Of a stretch of DNA of 64,000 nt, positions 8,817-17,921 are shown piece by piece. The stretch comes from Gemmatimonadota bacterium (GTDB taxonomy: Bacteria; Gemmatimonadota; Gemmatimonadetes; Longimicrobiales; Gaopeijiaceae). The notes under the pieces are model-generated. The model was given only the letters and a program-made list of their open reading frames with translations, was not told the DNA's origin and did no database searches. The position numbers and the translations under genes were made by a program. Location of the stretch: positions 147,125 to 211,124 of the forward strand of contig JBDHHQ010000013.1 of the NCBI GenBank assembly GCA_039589315.1. Direction: 5' to 3'. Every line of letters begins with the position of its first letter. Position 1 is the first letter of the stretch.

Positions 8817-11800
8817 ATGTGGAACATCCTCGGGGCACGGGGTCGCGCGCTCCTGTGCGTACCCGCCGTGATCGCCCTAGGCTCGTGTGACACCACCCAA
8901 CCTGACGTCGGCACAGTGGCAGGGTCCGTCACCGTCGAGGGCTCGCCCCTGGTGGGAATCGAGATCCGGCTCGTCGGGGCCACCAGCGTGTCTCAGACCA
9001 CTGATGAGGCGGGCGGCTATCGTTTCGAGGCGGCCAGCGGCAACTATGTGGTAGAGATGGCGACCCACCCGGCGGACGCGTCCTTCGTCGAGACATCGCG
9101 CACGCTGACGATCTCCCGCGGGCAGGTGGAGACGCTCGTCTTCACTGGCTCCTGGATCCGGACGTCGGCCATCGGCGGGCACGTCTCCACGGATCTCGCC
9201 CCGCTGGAGGGCCTTTGGGTGATCGCGTCCGGGCCGAGCACCGCTGAGGCCCTGACGGACGGGGAGGGGCACTATTCGCTCACCGGACTGCGCGCGGGAG
9301 CCTACGAGGTCACCCTCGACGGCTATGACCCCGAGCGTTACGCGTTCCCGTCGGCGAGCGCCGAGGTCTCTCCGGGGATTGACGAGACGGTTTCGGTGGA
9401 CTTCGTCGGGGTCGTCAGACCTCCCCTCGCTCCGGTCGGCGTGACCGCGGCGAGCGACGGTCCGTACGAAGTCGCCGTGAGCTGGCAGGACGTCAGCTCG
9501 TACGAGACCGAGTACAGAGTGGAGAGACGCCAGGGCGAAGCTGCCTGGGAGGTGCACCTGGTGGTGGGTGCCGACGCAGACGGGATGTCGGACGAAAACC
9601 TCATTCCGGGAACCTGGTATGCGTACCGAGTGCGGGCGTGCAACGAGGTCGGCTGTTCGGAGTCCGCCGAGGAGGCGCAGGCGCGCACGGACCAGATACC
9701 CCCCGCGCCACCGACGTCTCTGCGAGCCGCTTCGGTCGATGCCAACACGGTAGACCTCTCCTGGGGGGATCGGAGCTTCAACGAGGTCGGCTTCCACGTG
9801 TTCCGCCTGGACCCCGGCGAGACGACGTGGGCCGAGGTGGCGGTCACCCGGGCGGCGGCGACGGCCTACACCGACACCGGCCTCACGCCGGACTCGGAGT
9901 ACGGCTACCGTGTTCGATCCTGCAACGAGGTCGGTTGCTCGACGTTCACGAGCGACGCCGCTGCGGCCACTCCTCCTCTTCCCCCGGCGGCCCCCTCGGG
10001 ACTCGCGGCTGTCGCGGTGGGATCGAGCCAGATCGACCTGGTATGGCACGACGGAAGTGAGAATGAAGACGGCTTTCGGCTCGACCGACGTCAGGATGGA
10101 CAGTCCGCCTGGACCGACGCGGCCCAGGTCGGAGCCGATGTCACGGGCTACGTCGACCAGGGCCTGGTGCCCGGGACCGCGTACAGCTACCGGCTCAGAG
10201 CCTGCAACCTCGGCGGCTGTTCGGCATACACCGCTGAAGCCGGCGCCGAAACCGACCAGATCCCACCCCCTGCGCCGGCCGACCTGGCCGCCACCGCCAC
10301 GGGTGAGGACCGCATCGCCCTGACGTGGACCTTCCACGGACCCAACGCCGAGGACGTCCGTGTCGAGCGGCGTGTCGAGGCCGAGACGGACTGGGTCGAG
10401 GTGGCCGTGAAAAAACCGACGGCCACGAGCCACGTGGATCGGGGGCTCGAGGTGGGAACCACCTACGAGTATCGGCTGCGCGCCTGCAACGACGTCGGCT
10501 GCTCGGCGCATTCACCGGCCGCTTCCGCCACCACGCAGGCGCCTCCCGGGGACAACCTGTCCATCGCGGCGGTGCACCTGACCCAGGCGGTTCAAACCCT
10601 CGACGGGTCCGTCCCGCTGATCGACGACCGGGACGGCCTCCTGCGGGTCTTCGTGACGGCGAGCGCCGCCAACACGCACCAGCCCGAGGTCCGCGTGCGC
10701 CTCTATCTGGGAGCCTCCCTCGTCGAGACGCACACCCTGCCGGCTCCGTCCACGTCGGTTCCCACCAGCGCCGACCCGGGGTCTCTGGACGCGTCGTGGA
10801 ATCTGACCGTGCCCGGGTACCTGGTCGCTCCCGGCCTCGCCGTGCGGGTCGACGTGGACCCCGACGACCGGGTGCCGGAGACGAACGAGGCCGACAACGC
10901 CTATCCGTCCTCCGGCACGCGCTCGTTCGACGTGCGCGAGCCGCCTCCCTTCGGCATCGTCTTCGTGCCCGTGCGCCAGAGCGTCAACGGCCTGGAGGGC
11001 GAGCCCGGCGACGGCTCGGCTTTCCTCACGCTCGCCAGCAGGCTGTTTCCCGTCAGCGGCTACAACGTGCAGGTGCGGACCACGTACGTGACCGACGCCG
11101 CCGAGCTCCAGTCCGACGACGGCAACGACGCGTGGGCCGCCGTCCTCGGCGAGATGCTCGCGCTCCGGGCCGCCGACGGCTCGAGCGCCCACTACTACGG
11201 GGTGGTGAAAGTGGGCTACTCCGGCGGGGTCGCCGGCATGGGCTACGTGGGGGCGCCGGCAGCGGTCGGGTGGGACAAGCAAGGAAGCTCCGGGATCGCC
11301 GCCCACGAGCTGGGTCACAACCTCGGCCGTAGACACGCGCCGTGCGGCGGCGCAGGCAACCCAGATCCGTCCTATCCGTACTCCGGCGGCTCCATCGGCG
11401 CCGTCGGGTACGACCCCGGGTCGGGCGCGTTGCGGTCGCCAGCCACGTACAAGGACCTCATGGGGTACTGCAATCCCGATTGGATCAGCGACTACACGTA
11501 CGCGGGAATCCTCGGGTTCCTGGAGCGGAGCGGCGCGCCCCCCGCATCGCCGATTCGCGAGGCTTCCGGCCCGGGCCTCCTGATCTGGGGACGCATCGGC
11601 GCATCCGGCGCCGTCCTGGAGCCCGCCTTCGAGGTCGAGGCGCCCCCTCTGCTCCCCACTCGATCCGGACCCTACCGGGTTCGAGGACTGGACGACCAGG
11701 GCCGGGAGCTCTTCTCGGTTCCGTTCCAGGGAGCGGAGCTACCCGCCGAGGCCGGCGGCGGACACCACTTCGCAATGGTGTTGCCGCTCGACCGGTTCGA

Positions 11801-12101
11801 CCGAGACGCACTGAGGACCGTTCAGCTGGATGGACGCTCCGTCCAGGTGGCCAGAACCGTGCCGACGGCCGGTGGGCCGGGGCTCGACCAGCTCTCCGCC
11901 GGGTCCACCGCTGCGGGCGAGACCACGCTCAGATGGAACGCAGAGCGGTTCCCCATGGCGCTGGTGCGGGACGCGACTACGGGCCGGATCGTCTCATTCG
12001 CCCGAGGTGGCGAGGTGCGTCTGCCGGCCGTCGGCCCCGATCTGGAGGTATCCTTCTCGAACGGCGTACGGTCCCACGCGCGCCGGCTGCGGGTCCGCTA
12101 G
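8817..12101 (+). CDS. Lipoprotein with carboxypeptidase-regulatory-like domains, 4 fibronectin type III repeats and a metzincin (M66-like) zinc metallopeptidase domain
   Basis: Lipobox LGSC; four ~94-aa FN3 repeats each ending YRxRxCNxxGCS; HELGHNLGRRH zinc motif and Met-turn DLMGY. Confidence 0.8.
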   Translation: MWNILGARGRALLCVPAVIALGSCDTTQPDVGTVAGSVTVEGSPLVGIEIRLVGATSVSQTTDEAGGYRFEAASGNYVVEMATHPADASFVETSRTLTISRGQVETLVFTGSWIRTSAIGGHVSTDLAPLEGLWVIASGPSTAEALTDGEGHYSLTGLRAGAYEVTLDGYDPERYAFPSASAEVSPGIDETVSVDFVGVVRPPLAPVGVTAASDGPYEVAVSWQDVSSYETEYRVERRQGEAAWEVHLVVGADADGMSDENLIPGTWYAYRVRACNEVGCSESAEEAQARTDQIPPAPPTSLRAASVDANTVDLSWGDRSFNEVGFHVFRLDPGETTWAEVAVTRAAATAYTDTGLTPDSEYGYRVRSCNEVGCSTFTSDAAAATPPLPPAAPSGLAAVAVGSSQIDLVWHDGSENEDGFRLDRRQDGQSAWTDAAQVGADVTGYVDQGLVPGTAYSYRLRACNLGGCSAYTAEAGAETDQIPPPAPADLAATATGEDRIALTWTFHGPNAEDVRVERRVEAETDWVEVAVKKPTATSHVDRGLEVGTTYEYRLRACNDVGCSAHSPAASATTQAPPGDNLSIAAVHLTQAVQTLDGSVPLIDDRDGLLRVFVTASAANTHQPEVRVRLYLGASLVETHTLPAPSTSVPTSADPGSLDASWNLTVPGYLVAPGLAVRVDVDPDDRVPETNEADNAYPSSGTRSFDVREPPPFGIVFVPVRQSVNGLEGEPGDGSAFLTLASRLFPVSGYNVQVRTTYVTDAAELQSDDGNDAWAAVLGEMLALRAADGSSAHYYGVVKVGYSGGVAGMGYVGAPAAVGWDKQGSSGIAAHELGHNLGRRHAPCGGAGNPDPSYPYSGGSIGAVGYDPGSGALRSPATYKDLMGYCNPDWISDYTYAGILGFLERSGAPPASPIREASGPGLLIWGRIGASGAVLEPAFEVEAPPLLPTRSGPYRVRGLDDQGRELFSVPFQGAELPAEAGGGHHFAMVLPLDRFDRDALRTVQLDGRSVQVARTVPTAGGPGLDQLSAGSTAAGETTLRWNAERFPMALVRDATTGRIVSFARGGEVRLPAVGPDLEVSFSNGVRSHARRLRVR

Positions 12102-12158
12102 CCCGGGTCCGACATCGCCCGAGAGTGGCGCGGCACCACCGGGAAGACCCGGTGCCGG

Positions 12159-13691
12159 CTAACCCTGGGCGGTGGGATCCGGACCCGGCCGGCCGAGCTC
12201 GGCCTCGACGGCTTCACGGATGGGATCCACCGACGTTCCGAATCCGTACACCCGGCCGACTTCCCGCAGCTCTCGATCCAGGATCACCGTGTACGGCAGG
12301 CCCCGGTAGCCGTACCGCTCCTTCAGCTTTCCGCCACCGCGGGCGTTGGGATACCCCACGCCCCCGATCTCCCGCAGGAAGTCCCTGCCCTCGCCCGCTA
12401 CGACGTCCTCGTTCAGGCCGATGACCGAGACCTCGGAAGGGTCCAGGCCGCGGGCCCACGCATCCAGCGCGGGCATCTCCCGACGGCATGGCCCGCACCA
12501 GCTGGCCCAGAAGTTGATCACCACCACCTTGCCCCGGTGATCCGCCAGGCGCAGGACGCCTTCTCCGTCCAGGCTCGGCAGATCGAACGGCGCGAAGGCC
12601 ACCCGGTCCGGCGCAGCCGTCCGGGACAGCACCTCACTGGGCTCCAGGCTGTAGACGTGGCCCGAAGGAGACGCGAAGATCGCCGCACCGGGCTCCACCG
12701 CACCCGTTCGCAACAGCTCCCCCGTGGGCTCGAACACCAGCAGCACGTCCGCCCGGCCCAGAGCGGGCTCCGAGGCTGCCAGCACGTAGATCAAACCATC
12801 CGGACCTACCACGACCCCGTACTGGACGATCTCGAACTCCGGCGTGACTTGCCCCTCCACTGCCTTCAGGCGCGGCACGGCCGGTGGCGTCAGGGGAAGC
12901 CAGCTACTCCGCCATGTCGGGTCCCCGTCGGCGTCGAACCGGTGAAGCTCGGGCCGCAGTGCCGAGGCGTACAACACGGTCCCGCCGTCCCCGATGGTGG
13001 CCCAACCGGCGTTGGCCAGGTGGCCCAGGAATGGCGTTGGTGGAGTCGCCACGCGCCCCACTGGTCTCGGCTGATCACCGTCGTGTAGCCAGAGCAACGG
13101 ATCTCGCTTTCGCACCGGGCCCATGTTGAACTCCAGCACGGTGCGGGTGGCGACGCCCAGGCCATGGGCCCCGGCGGTCACCGGGCCGGGGAGCCCCGAT
13201 TCCGTCCAATGGTCCGGCAGGCCGTTCAGGAAGACGAGCGCGGAGCCGTCGGGCTCGACGGCCGACACGCTGCCATCCGCCCCGACCACCACGAATGCGG
13301 GCCGTGCCAGGTGCCGACCGTCTTCCGGCGCTCCCTGGAGGATTCCGCTGACGTAGCCCCGGTCGTCCAGGAGCAGAACCCGGCCCCCCTGCGTGTCCGG
13401 CCAGGCGGAGCCGCCGTCCCTCAGACCGGCAGCCGCTCGACCGTCCATGAACAGCAGGCGCGCCGGGGTCTCCGGCGCCTGTCGGTAGATGCGCAGTCGC
13501 TCCGCTGCGGAGCGGTTGGTCACGACCGTCGTCCCGTCCCGCTGCCCGACCTCGGGCGGCGTGAACGCCTCGGCCGCGTCCGCCACGGGGCCCGGCCCGC
13601 CGTCGGAGCACGCCGCCAGGAGCAGCAGCGCGAGAAGGCCGGGGCCGAAGCCCCAGCCTTCCCGGTTCGGTCTGAGTGACCGGATCATCAT
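12159..13691 (-). CDS. Lipoprotein: beta-propeller-like N-terminus fused to TlpA/ResA-type thioredoxin
   Basis: Lipobox LAAC; C-terminal [21 protein letters not shown] and GLPYT cis-Pro motif. Confidence 0.8.
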   Translation of the reverse strand: MMIRSLRPNREGWGFGPGLLALLLLAACSDGGPGPVADAAEAFTPPEVGQRDGTTVVTNRSAAERLRIYRQAPETPARLLFMDGRAAAGLRDGGSAWPDTQGGRVLLLDDRGYVSGILQGAPEDGRHLARPAFVVVGADGSVSAVEPDGSALVFLNGLPDHWTESGLPGPVTAGAHGLGVATRTVLEFNMGPVRKRDPLLWLHDGDQPRPVGRVATPPTPFLGHLANAGWATIGDGGTVLYASALRPELHRFDADGDPTWRSSWLPLTPPAVPRLKAVEGQVTPEFEIVQYGVVVGPDGLIYVLAASEPALGRADVLLVFEPTGELLRTGAVEPGAAIFASPSGHVYSLEPSEVLSRTAAPDRVAFAPFDLPSLDGEGVLRLADHRGKVVVINFWASWCGPCRREMPALDAWARGLDPSEVSVIGLNEDVVAGEGRDFLREIGGVGYPNARGGGKLKERYGYRGLPYTVILDRELREVGRVYGFGTSVDPIREAVEAELGRPGPDPTAQG

Positions 13692-13698
13692 CTTCCGC

Positions 13699-14085
13699 CT
13701 ACATTTCCACGCTCTCGATGATAATCGTGTGCATGCCGCCACGCTCGATGGCCTTGCCCTTGACGGTCACCGCGTGCTCGGCGTGGGGCCTGAGCCGCTC
13801 GTTGTCGCCGGCGCCGGGCATGGCCTGGCTGACAGGCAGGTACAGGGTGCCGTCCTCGGCCATCAGGCCGAGCGGCACACCGCGATCGGCGCACACCTGG
13901 GCGCACTCGCGGTGCATGTCCCCCTCCAGGCCGTACACGACCTTGCAGGACAAGTCCACGACGTGGGCCGTGAACTCCACGTCCTCGCCCTCTGCCATCT
14001 CGGGCATCATGTCCTGGGCTGAGGCGGGAACGGCGCTCAGGGCCACGAAGGCCAGCGCCAGGAAGCTCAGTGAGAGTTTCCGCAT
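13699..14085 (-). CDS. Small exported protein with three Cys (DLSC...HRECAQVC), probable OB-fold
   Basis: GGAGG RBS, Sec signal ending ASA-Q, Met-rich mature N-terminus, VTVKGK beta motif. Confidence 0.75.
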   Translation of the reverse strand: MRKLSLSFLALAFVALSAVPASAQDMMPEMAEGEDVEFTAHVVDLSCKVVYGLEGDMHRECAQVCADRGVPLGLMAEDGTLYLPVSQAMPGAGDNERLRPHAEHAVTVKGKAIERGGMHTIIIESVEM

Positions 14086-14206
14086 TGGATCACCTCCAAC
14101 GACTCGTGATGAAGTCCGGCGCCGAGCCTCGTGCCCGGGCGCCAAAGTCAGGTCACCGGCGCGTTGCGCCACTTCGTGCGCGGTCCCGCTGCCTGATTGC
14201 GACCTG

Positions 14207-14872
14207 CTACCGCGGGCCATGGCCCCCATGAGAACCGGGATCGACCAACCCGTCGGAGGCGGTCGTTCCGGAGTGATCTCCGGGTGACGCATGGTGCCGG
14301 TGCTCGTCCTCGCTACCGGCATCCGACGGCTCGTCCCCCCCGGGGTTCCGGTGATCGTGCTGGGGGCCCGCTTCAGTGGATGGAGCTCCACCGTGGTGCT
14401 CATGGCCCGTGGATCCCTCCGGTGCCGCTACGTCCAACTCGAACACGGCCGCGTCCGCACCGTAGTCGAGGTTCACGTAAAGCTCCCAGAGGCCCTCCAT
14501 GGGGATGTCCACCACTGCCCGGTAGTGGGCTACGCTCGACGCCTCGGTCTCGTAGCGCACGATGCCATGCATGGGCATCTCGGGTGAGACCAGGTCCAGC
14601 GACAGTGGCAAAACGTCTGGGGGGGCTTCGCCGAGGGCGATCTCGAGCCGGACCGGACCGGGCCGGAGGGGAAGAGGATCCGCGGAGACGCTGACCTCGA
14701 CGCCCGAGGTGGACGCCGCCGTCCACGCGTCCCCGCTTGCCAAGTCGGGGGCCGGGGCCTGGTCTCCCTCGGACAGAACCTCGTCCGCTACCCCCGATGT
14801 ACATGCCACGCCCACGAGGACCAGCACGGCCCCGGTCATCAGCTTCGAGTTCGTTCGCCCGGTCTTGTTCAT
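14207..14872 (-). CDS. YtkA/FixH-like lipoprotein with His-rich C-terminal tail
   Basis: Lipobox GVAC, PEMPMHG and PMEGLW motifs, tail with 11 His. Confidence 0.7.
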   Translation of the reverse strand: MNKTGRTNSKLMTGAVLVLVGVACTSGVADEVLSEGDQAPAPDLASGDAWTAASTSGVEVSVSADPLPLRPGPVRLEIALGEAPPDVLPLSLDLVSPEMPMHGIVRYETEASSVAHYRAVVDIPMEGLWELYVNLDYGADAAVFELDVAAPEGSTGHEHHGGAPSTEAGPQHDHRNPGGDEPSDAGSEDEHRHHASPGDHSGTTASDGLVDPGSHGGHGPR

Positions 14873-14880
14873 GCCCCCCT

Positions 14881-14906
14881 AATGCCGGCACCCCGAGGGG
14901 GGTTCC
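14881..14906 (-). promoter_or_regulatory. Putative ECF-sigma promoter GGAAC-N17-CATT
   Basis: Minus-strand GGAAC (14906-14902), 17-nt spacer, CATT 8 nt before the ATG at 14872. Confidence 0.3.
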
Positions 14907-15130
14907 CACCAAAGGCGGCCAGACCTGTGATGACGGGTTCAGGCAGGTCCCGGGGCTGGTTTTGACGGCGGGCCCAGGCAGATCTTCAGGGCGAGCAGGA
15001 GAGACCAAGTCGGCCGGCGGGAGAGTCCAGGATGGCGGGGAAGAGATCCCGGGGGCCCGGGGGATCTCGGGCGGGTCGGCGCAAGGACGTCCCGACAGCG
15101 AGCCTGGGGACCGCCGGGCCAGCGCTCGGC

Positions 15131-16180
15131 TCAGCGGTCGTGGGAGTCGTCCGCATACACCCTGTCGGGGTCGAGCACGACCCGATAGCGAACGAGTGCG
15201 CCCACGGGAGGTGCTGGGTGGGGCGCGCGAACCTCCAGCGTGCCCGCCGGCGTGCCGATGGCCGCGACGGCGCCGGCCGACCCGTGGGTCACGGCGGTCA
15301 CCACGCCGGAGTAGGGGCCCTCATCGACCGCGATCACGCCCGACAGGCCCAGCACGGCCACCGCGCCACCGGCGCGCACCCGGACGGGTAACGGAAGGCG
15401 CCCGAGAGCGCAGTTGAACGAGCCGGCCTCCACGTGACCCGTCACCTCGTTCCCGAGACCCAGAAAGCGGGCGACCCGAAGAGACCCCGGCCGACTGAAG
15501 AGCTCGTCGGGACCTGCGACCTGCACGAAGCGGCCGTCGATCAACACGGCGATGCGGTCCCCGAGCCGGCCGGCCTCCTCCAGGTCGTGCGTGACCAGGA
15601 CGATGGCCGGCCGGTACGCCTGCCGCGTCGCCCTGATGCTCTCGCGGACCTCGCCGCGGAGCGACGGATCGAGCGAGGAGAGCGGCTCGTCGAGAAGGAG
15701 CAGCGCGGGTCGGGCCACGACCGCCCGGGCCAGGGCGACGCGGTGGAGCTGGCCCCCGCTGAGGGTGCCGGGCCTCCGGCCCTCCATGCCGGACAGTCGC
15801 ACGGCCGCCAACGCCTGCAGCACCCGCGGCAAACGGTCGTGGTGCGGGACGCCCCGCACCCGAAGCGGGAAGGCCACGTTCTCTCCGACGGTCATGTGGG
15901 GGAACAGCACGGGAGACTGGTGGAGGTAGACGGCATTCCTTCGCTCGGTGGGCTCGCCCGTCACGTCGCGCCCGTCGATCTCCACCGTTCCCGCCTGGAC
16001 TGGGGCCAGGCCGGCCAAGGCCCGAAGCAGCGTGGACTTGCCCGCCCCGGAGGTTCCCACGACCACCAGGAGCTCCTCCGCGACCACGTTGAACGAGATG
16101 TCCTGCAAGCCGGCCTCGGCGCCGAAGTCCGCTCGGAGTCGGTCCACCGTCAGGACCGCGGCCGCCTCTCCCGGGCTCAC
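15131..16180 (-). CDS. ABC transporter ATP-binding protein (PotA/FbpC/YnjD-like)
   Basis: Walker A GTSGAGKST, LSGGQ signature, LLLDEP, VTHD; GTGA overlap with upstream permease. Confidence 0.92.
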   Translation of the reverse strand: MSPGEAAAVLTVDRLRADFGAEAGLQDISFNVVAEELLVVVGTSGAGKSTLLRALAGLAPVQAGTVEIDGRDVTGEPTERRNAVYLHQSPVLFPHMTVGENVAFPLRVRGVPHHDRLPRVLQALAAVRLSGMEGRRPGTLSGGQLHRVALARAVVARPALLLLDEPLSSLDPSLRGEVRESIRATRQAYRPAIVLVTHDLEEAGRLGDRIAVLIDGRFVQVAGPDELFSRPGSLRVARFLGLGNEVTGHVEAGSFNCALGRLPLPVRVRAGGAVAVLGLSGVIAVDEGPYSGVVTAVTHGSAGAVAAIGTPAGTLEVRAPHPAPPVGALVRYRVVLDPDRVYADDSHDR

Positions 16181-17034
16181 AGCGCCAGGGCCTGGGTCCG
16201 CCGAATGGCCAGGCCCACGAGACCCAGAGCCAGGATTCCAGGGAGGGTGAGAAGGACGGCCCCGGTGGCCGCCAGTGCGTCCTGTCCGGCGCTCATGTAG
16301 GAGAAGACCTCCAGCGGTAATGTCGGAACGGCGCCCTGACCGACCAGCACCGTCAGCGGGACCTGGGCCCAGGAGACCAGGAAGCCCAGCAGGAACGCCT
16401 CCATCAGGGGCCGACGCAGGAGGGGTAGCGTGATCCGCGCGAGGACCTGGACCCGTGTCGCGCCCAGCGTCCGGGCGCATTCTTCCACGCTGTCGTCGAA
16501 CGCGGTGAAGATCCCCAGGAAGAAGAGGGCCGTGTAGCCCGTGGCGGGGATCAGGTGCGCCAGCAGCACCCCCACGAGGGTGCCGCCCAGTCCGAAGGCC
16601 AGAAAGGAGAACTGGAGACCCACCGCGAGGGCCACGGGCGGTGCCGCCACCGGGAGAAAAGCCGCCCCTGCTCCGAGGGCCCGGCGCCAACCCCGGAGTC
16701 GGGCCAGGGCGCGGCCGACGGGCATGCCTAGCGCGGCGGAACCCACACCCGTGGAGACGGCCAGGACGACGCTCGTCGCGCTGGCTCTCGCGAGTCGGCC
16801 CGCGGCACGGAACACCTCGCGCCACGCCTCCATCGTGAGCTCCGTCGGGAGCAGATCCGGATAGAACCACCCGCGACTCACCGACCCCATGGCCAGCAGC
16901 GCCAGGGGCCCGACCGCCGACAGGGTCAGGCCCACGATCAGGATACCGCGCATCGCCGCCAGGAGCGGATTCGCCAGCACCAGCGGTTGCGAGGGGCCCG
17001 AGGTCGCCCGTCCCGGGCTGGCCGCGGCCCTCAC
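16177..17034 (-). CDS. ABC transporter permease (YnjC C-half-like)
   Basis: Multiple TM helices, WFYPDLLP, EAA-type loop EECARTLGA. Confidence 0.88.
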   Translation of the reverse strand: MRAAASPGRATSGPSQPLVLANPLLAAMRGILIVGLTLSAVGPLALLAMGSVSRGWFYPDLLPTELTMEAWREVFRAAGRLARASATSVVLAVSTGVGSAALGMPVGRALARLRGWRRALGAGAAFLPVAAPPVALAVGLQFSFLAFGLGGTLVGVLLAHLIPATGYTALFFLGIFTAFDDSVEECARTLGATRVQVLARITLPLLRRPLMEAFLLGFLVSWAQVPLTVLVGQGAVPTLPLEVFSYMSAGQDALAATGAVLLTLPGILALGLVGLAIRRTQALAL

Positions 17035-17921
17035 GAGTGCCCCTCGGGCCCGCGAGCCCGCACCGCCTCGTGAGCCACCACGGCCAGGGCCGCCAACCCC
17101 ACGCCCAGGAGCACGAGTACGTAGGCGTCGCCCCGCTGCGCCAGGGCGCTGGCCGTGTACCGCTCCATCGTGAGCAACGGCAGCGCCAGGGGGTCGGACG
17201 GCGCCATGAGCGCCGTCGCCTCATACGTTCCGGCGACGAACGCGAACACGGCGACGACACCGGGGAGCATTCCCCTCAGGAGCAGGGGCAAGGTGACCCA
17301 CCGCAGCACGTCCAGGCGTCGGGCGCCGAGGCTCCGGGCGGCCTCCTCGAGGGCCGGGCCCCGGGCGGCGAGGACGGAGAAGGCCACCAACCCCAGAAAC
17401 GGGAGCTCCTTCCACGTGAGTGTCAGGATCAGTCCCCAGCCGGCCGTATCGTACACGAGCGCTGGCATGTCTCCCGGCGAAGCGATCCAGCCCAGAGCGT
17501 GGGCGCCCCGGGCGAGGAGGCCGCTCTGGCCCAGAACCAGCACGCCGCCCACGGCAGCCGCGATATGGGGGATGGGCAGCGGCAGGATGGTCAGCGCCCG
17601 GGCCCAACGGTCGCCGCGCCCCCAGCCCCGGAACGAGACCGCCACGACCACGGCCCCGGTGGTCGCGAGGAAGGTCGACGCCGCCGCGACCCAGAGCGAC
17701 CATCCAGCCCCCGCCCAAACCGCGCCCTCCGAGAGCACCCTCCAGACCCGTGACGCTCCGGCGGACCCGGCACCGGGCCCTACGAACCCGACGGCGCCGG
17801 CGGCGGCGTAGGCCACGCCGACCAGGACCGGGGCGGCGACTGCCAGGGCCGCCAGCAGGCCCCACGTGGCTTCGCGCCCGGCAGGCACTCCGCGGCGGCG
17901 TCCCTCGGGCGACTCGCTCAT
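17031..17921 (-). CDS. ABC transporter permease (YnjC N-half-like)
   Basis: PLPIPH and WKELPF motifs, EEAARSLGA loop; ATGA overlap with the binding protein gene. Confidence 0.88.
   Translation of the reverse strand: MSESPEGRRRGVPAGREATWGLLAALAVAAPVLVGVAYAAAGAVGFVGPGAGSAGASRVWRVLSEGAVWAGAGWSLWVAAASTFLATTGAVVVAVSFRGWGRGDRWARALTILPLPIPHIAAAVGGVLVLGQSGLLARGAHALGWIASPGDMPALVYDTAGWGLILTLTWKELPFLGLVAFSVLAARGPALEEAARSLGARRLDVLRWVTLPLLLRGMLPGVVAVFAFVAGTYEATALMAPSDPLALPLLTMERYTASALAQRGDAYVLVLLGVGLAALAVVAHEAVRARGPEGHS

Noticed and set aside
14881..14960. TAATGCCGGC and GGGACCTGCC resembling TPP or cobalamin riboswitch pieces
   Set aside because: Other obligatory blocks (CTGAGA, GAACCTGA; GGGAA, T-loop) are absent in the correct order and strand
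16181..17260. Long N-terminal extension of the ABC ATPase ORF
   Set aside because: Overlaps the permeases out of frame; the true start is the GTG at 16180
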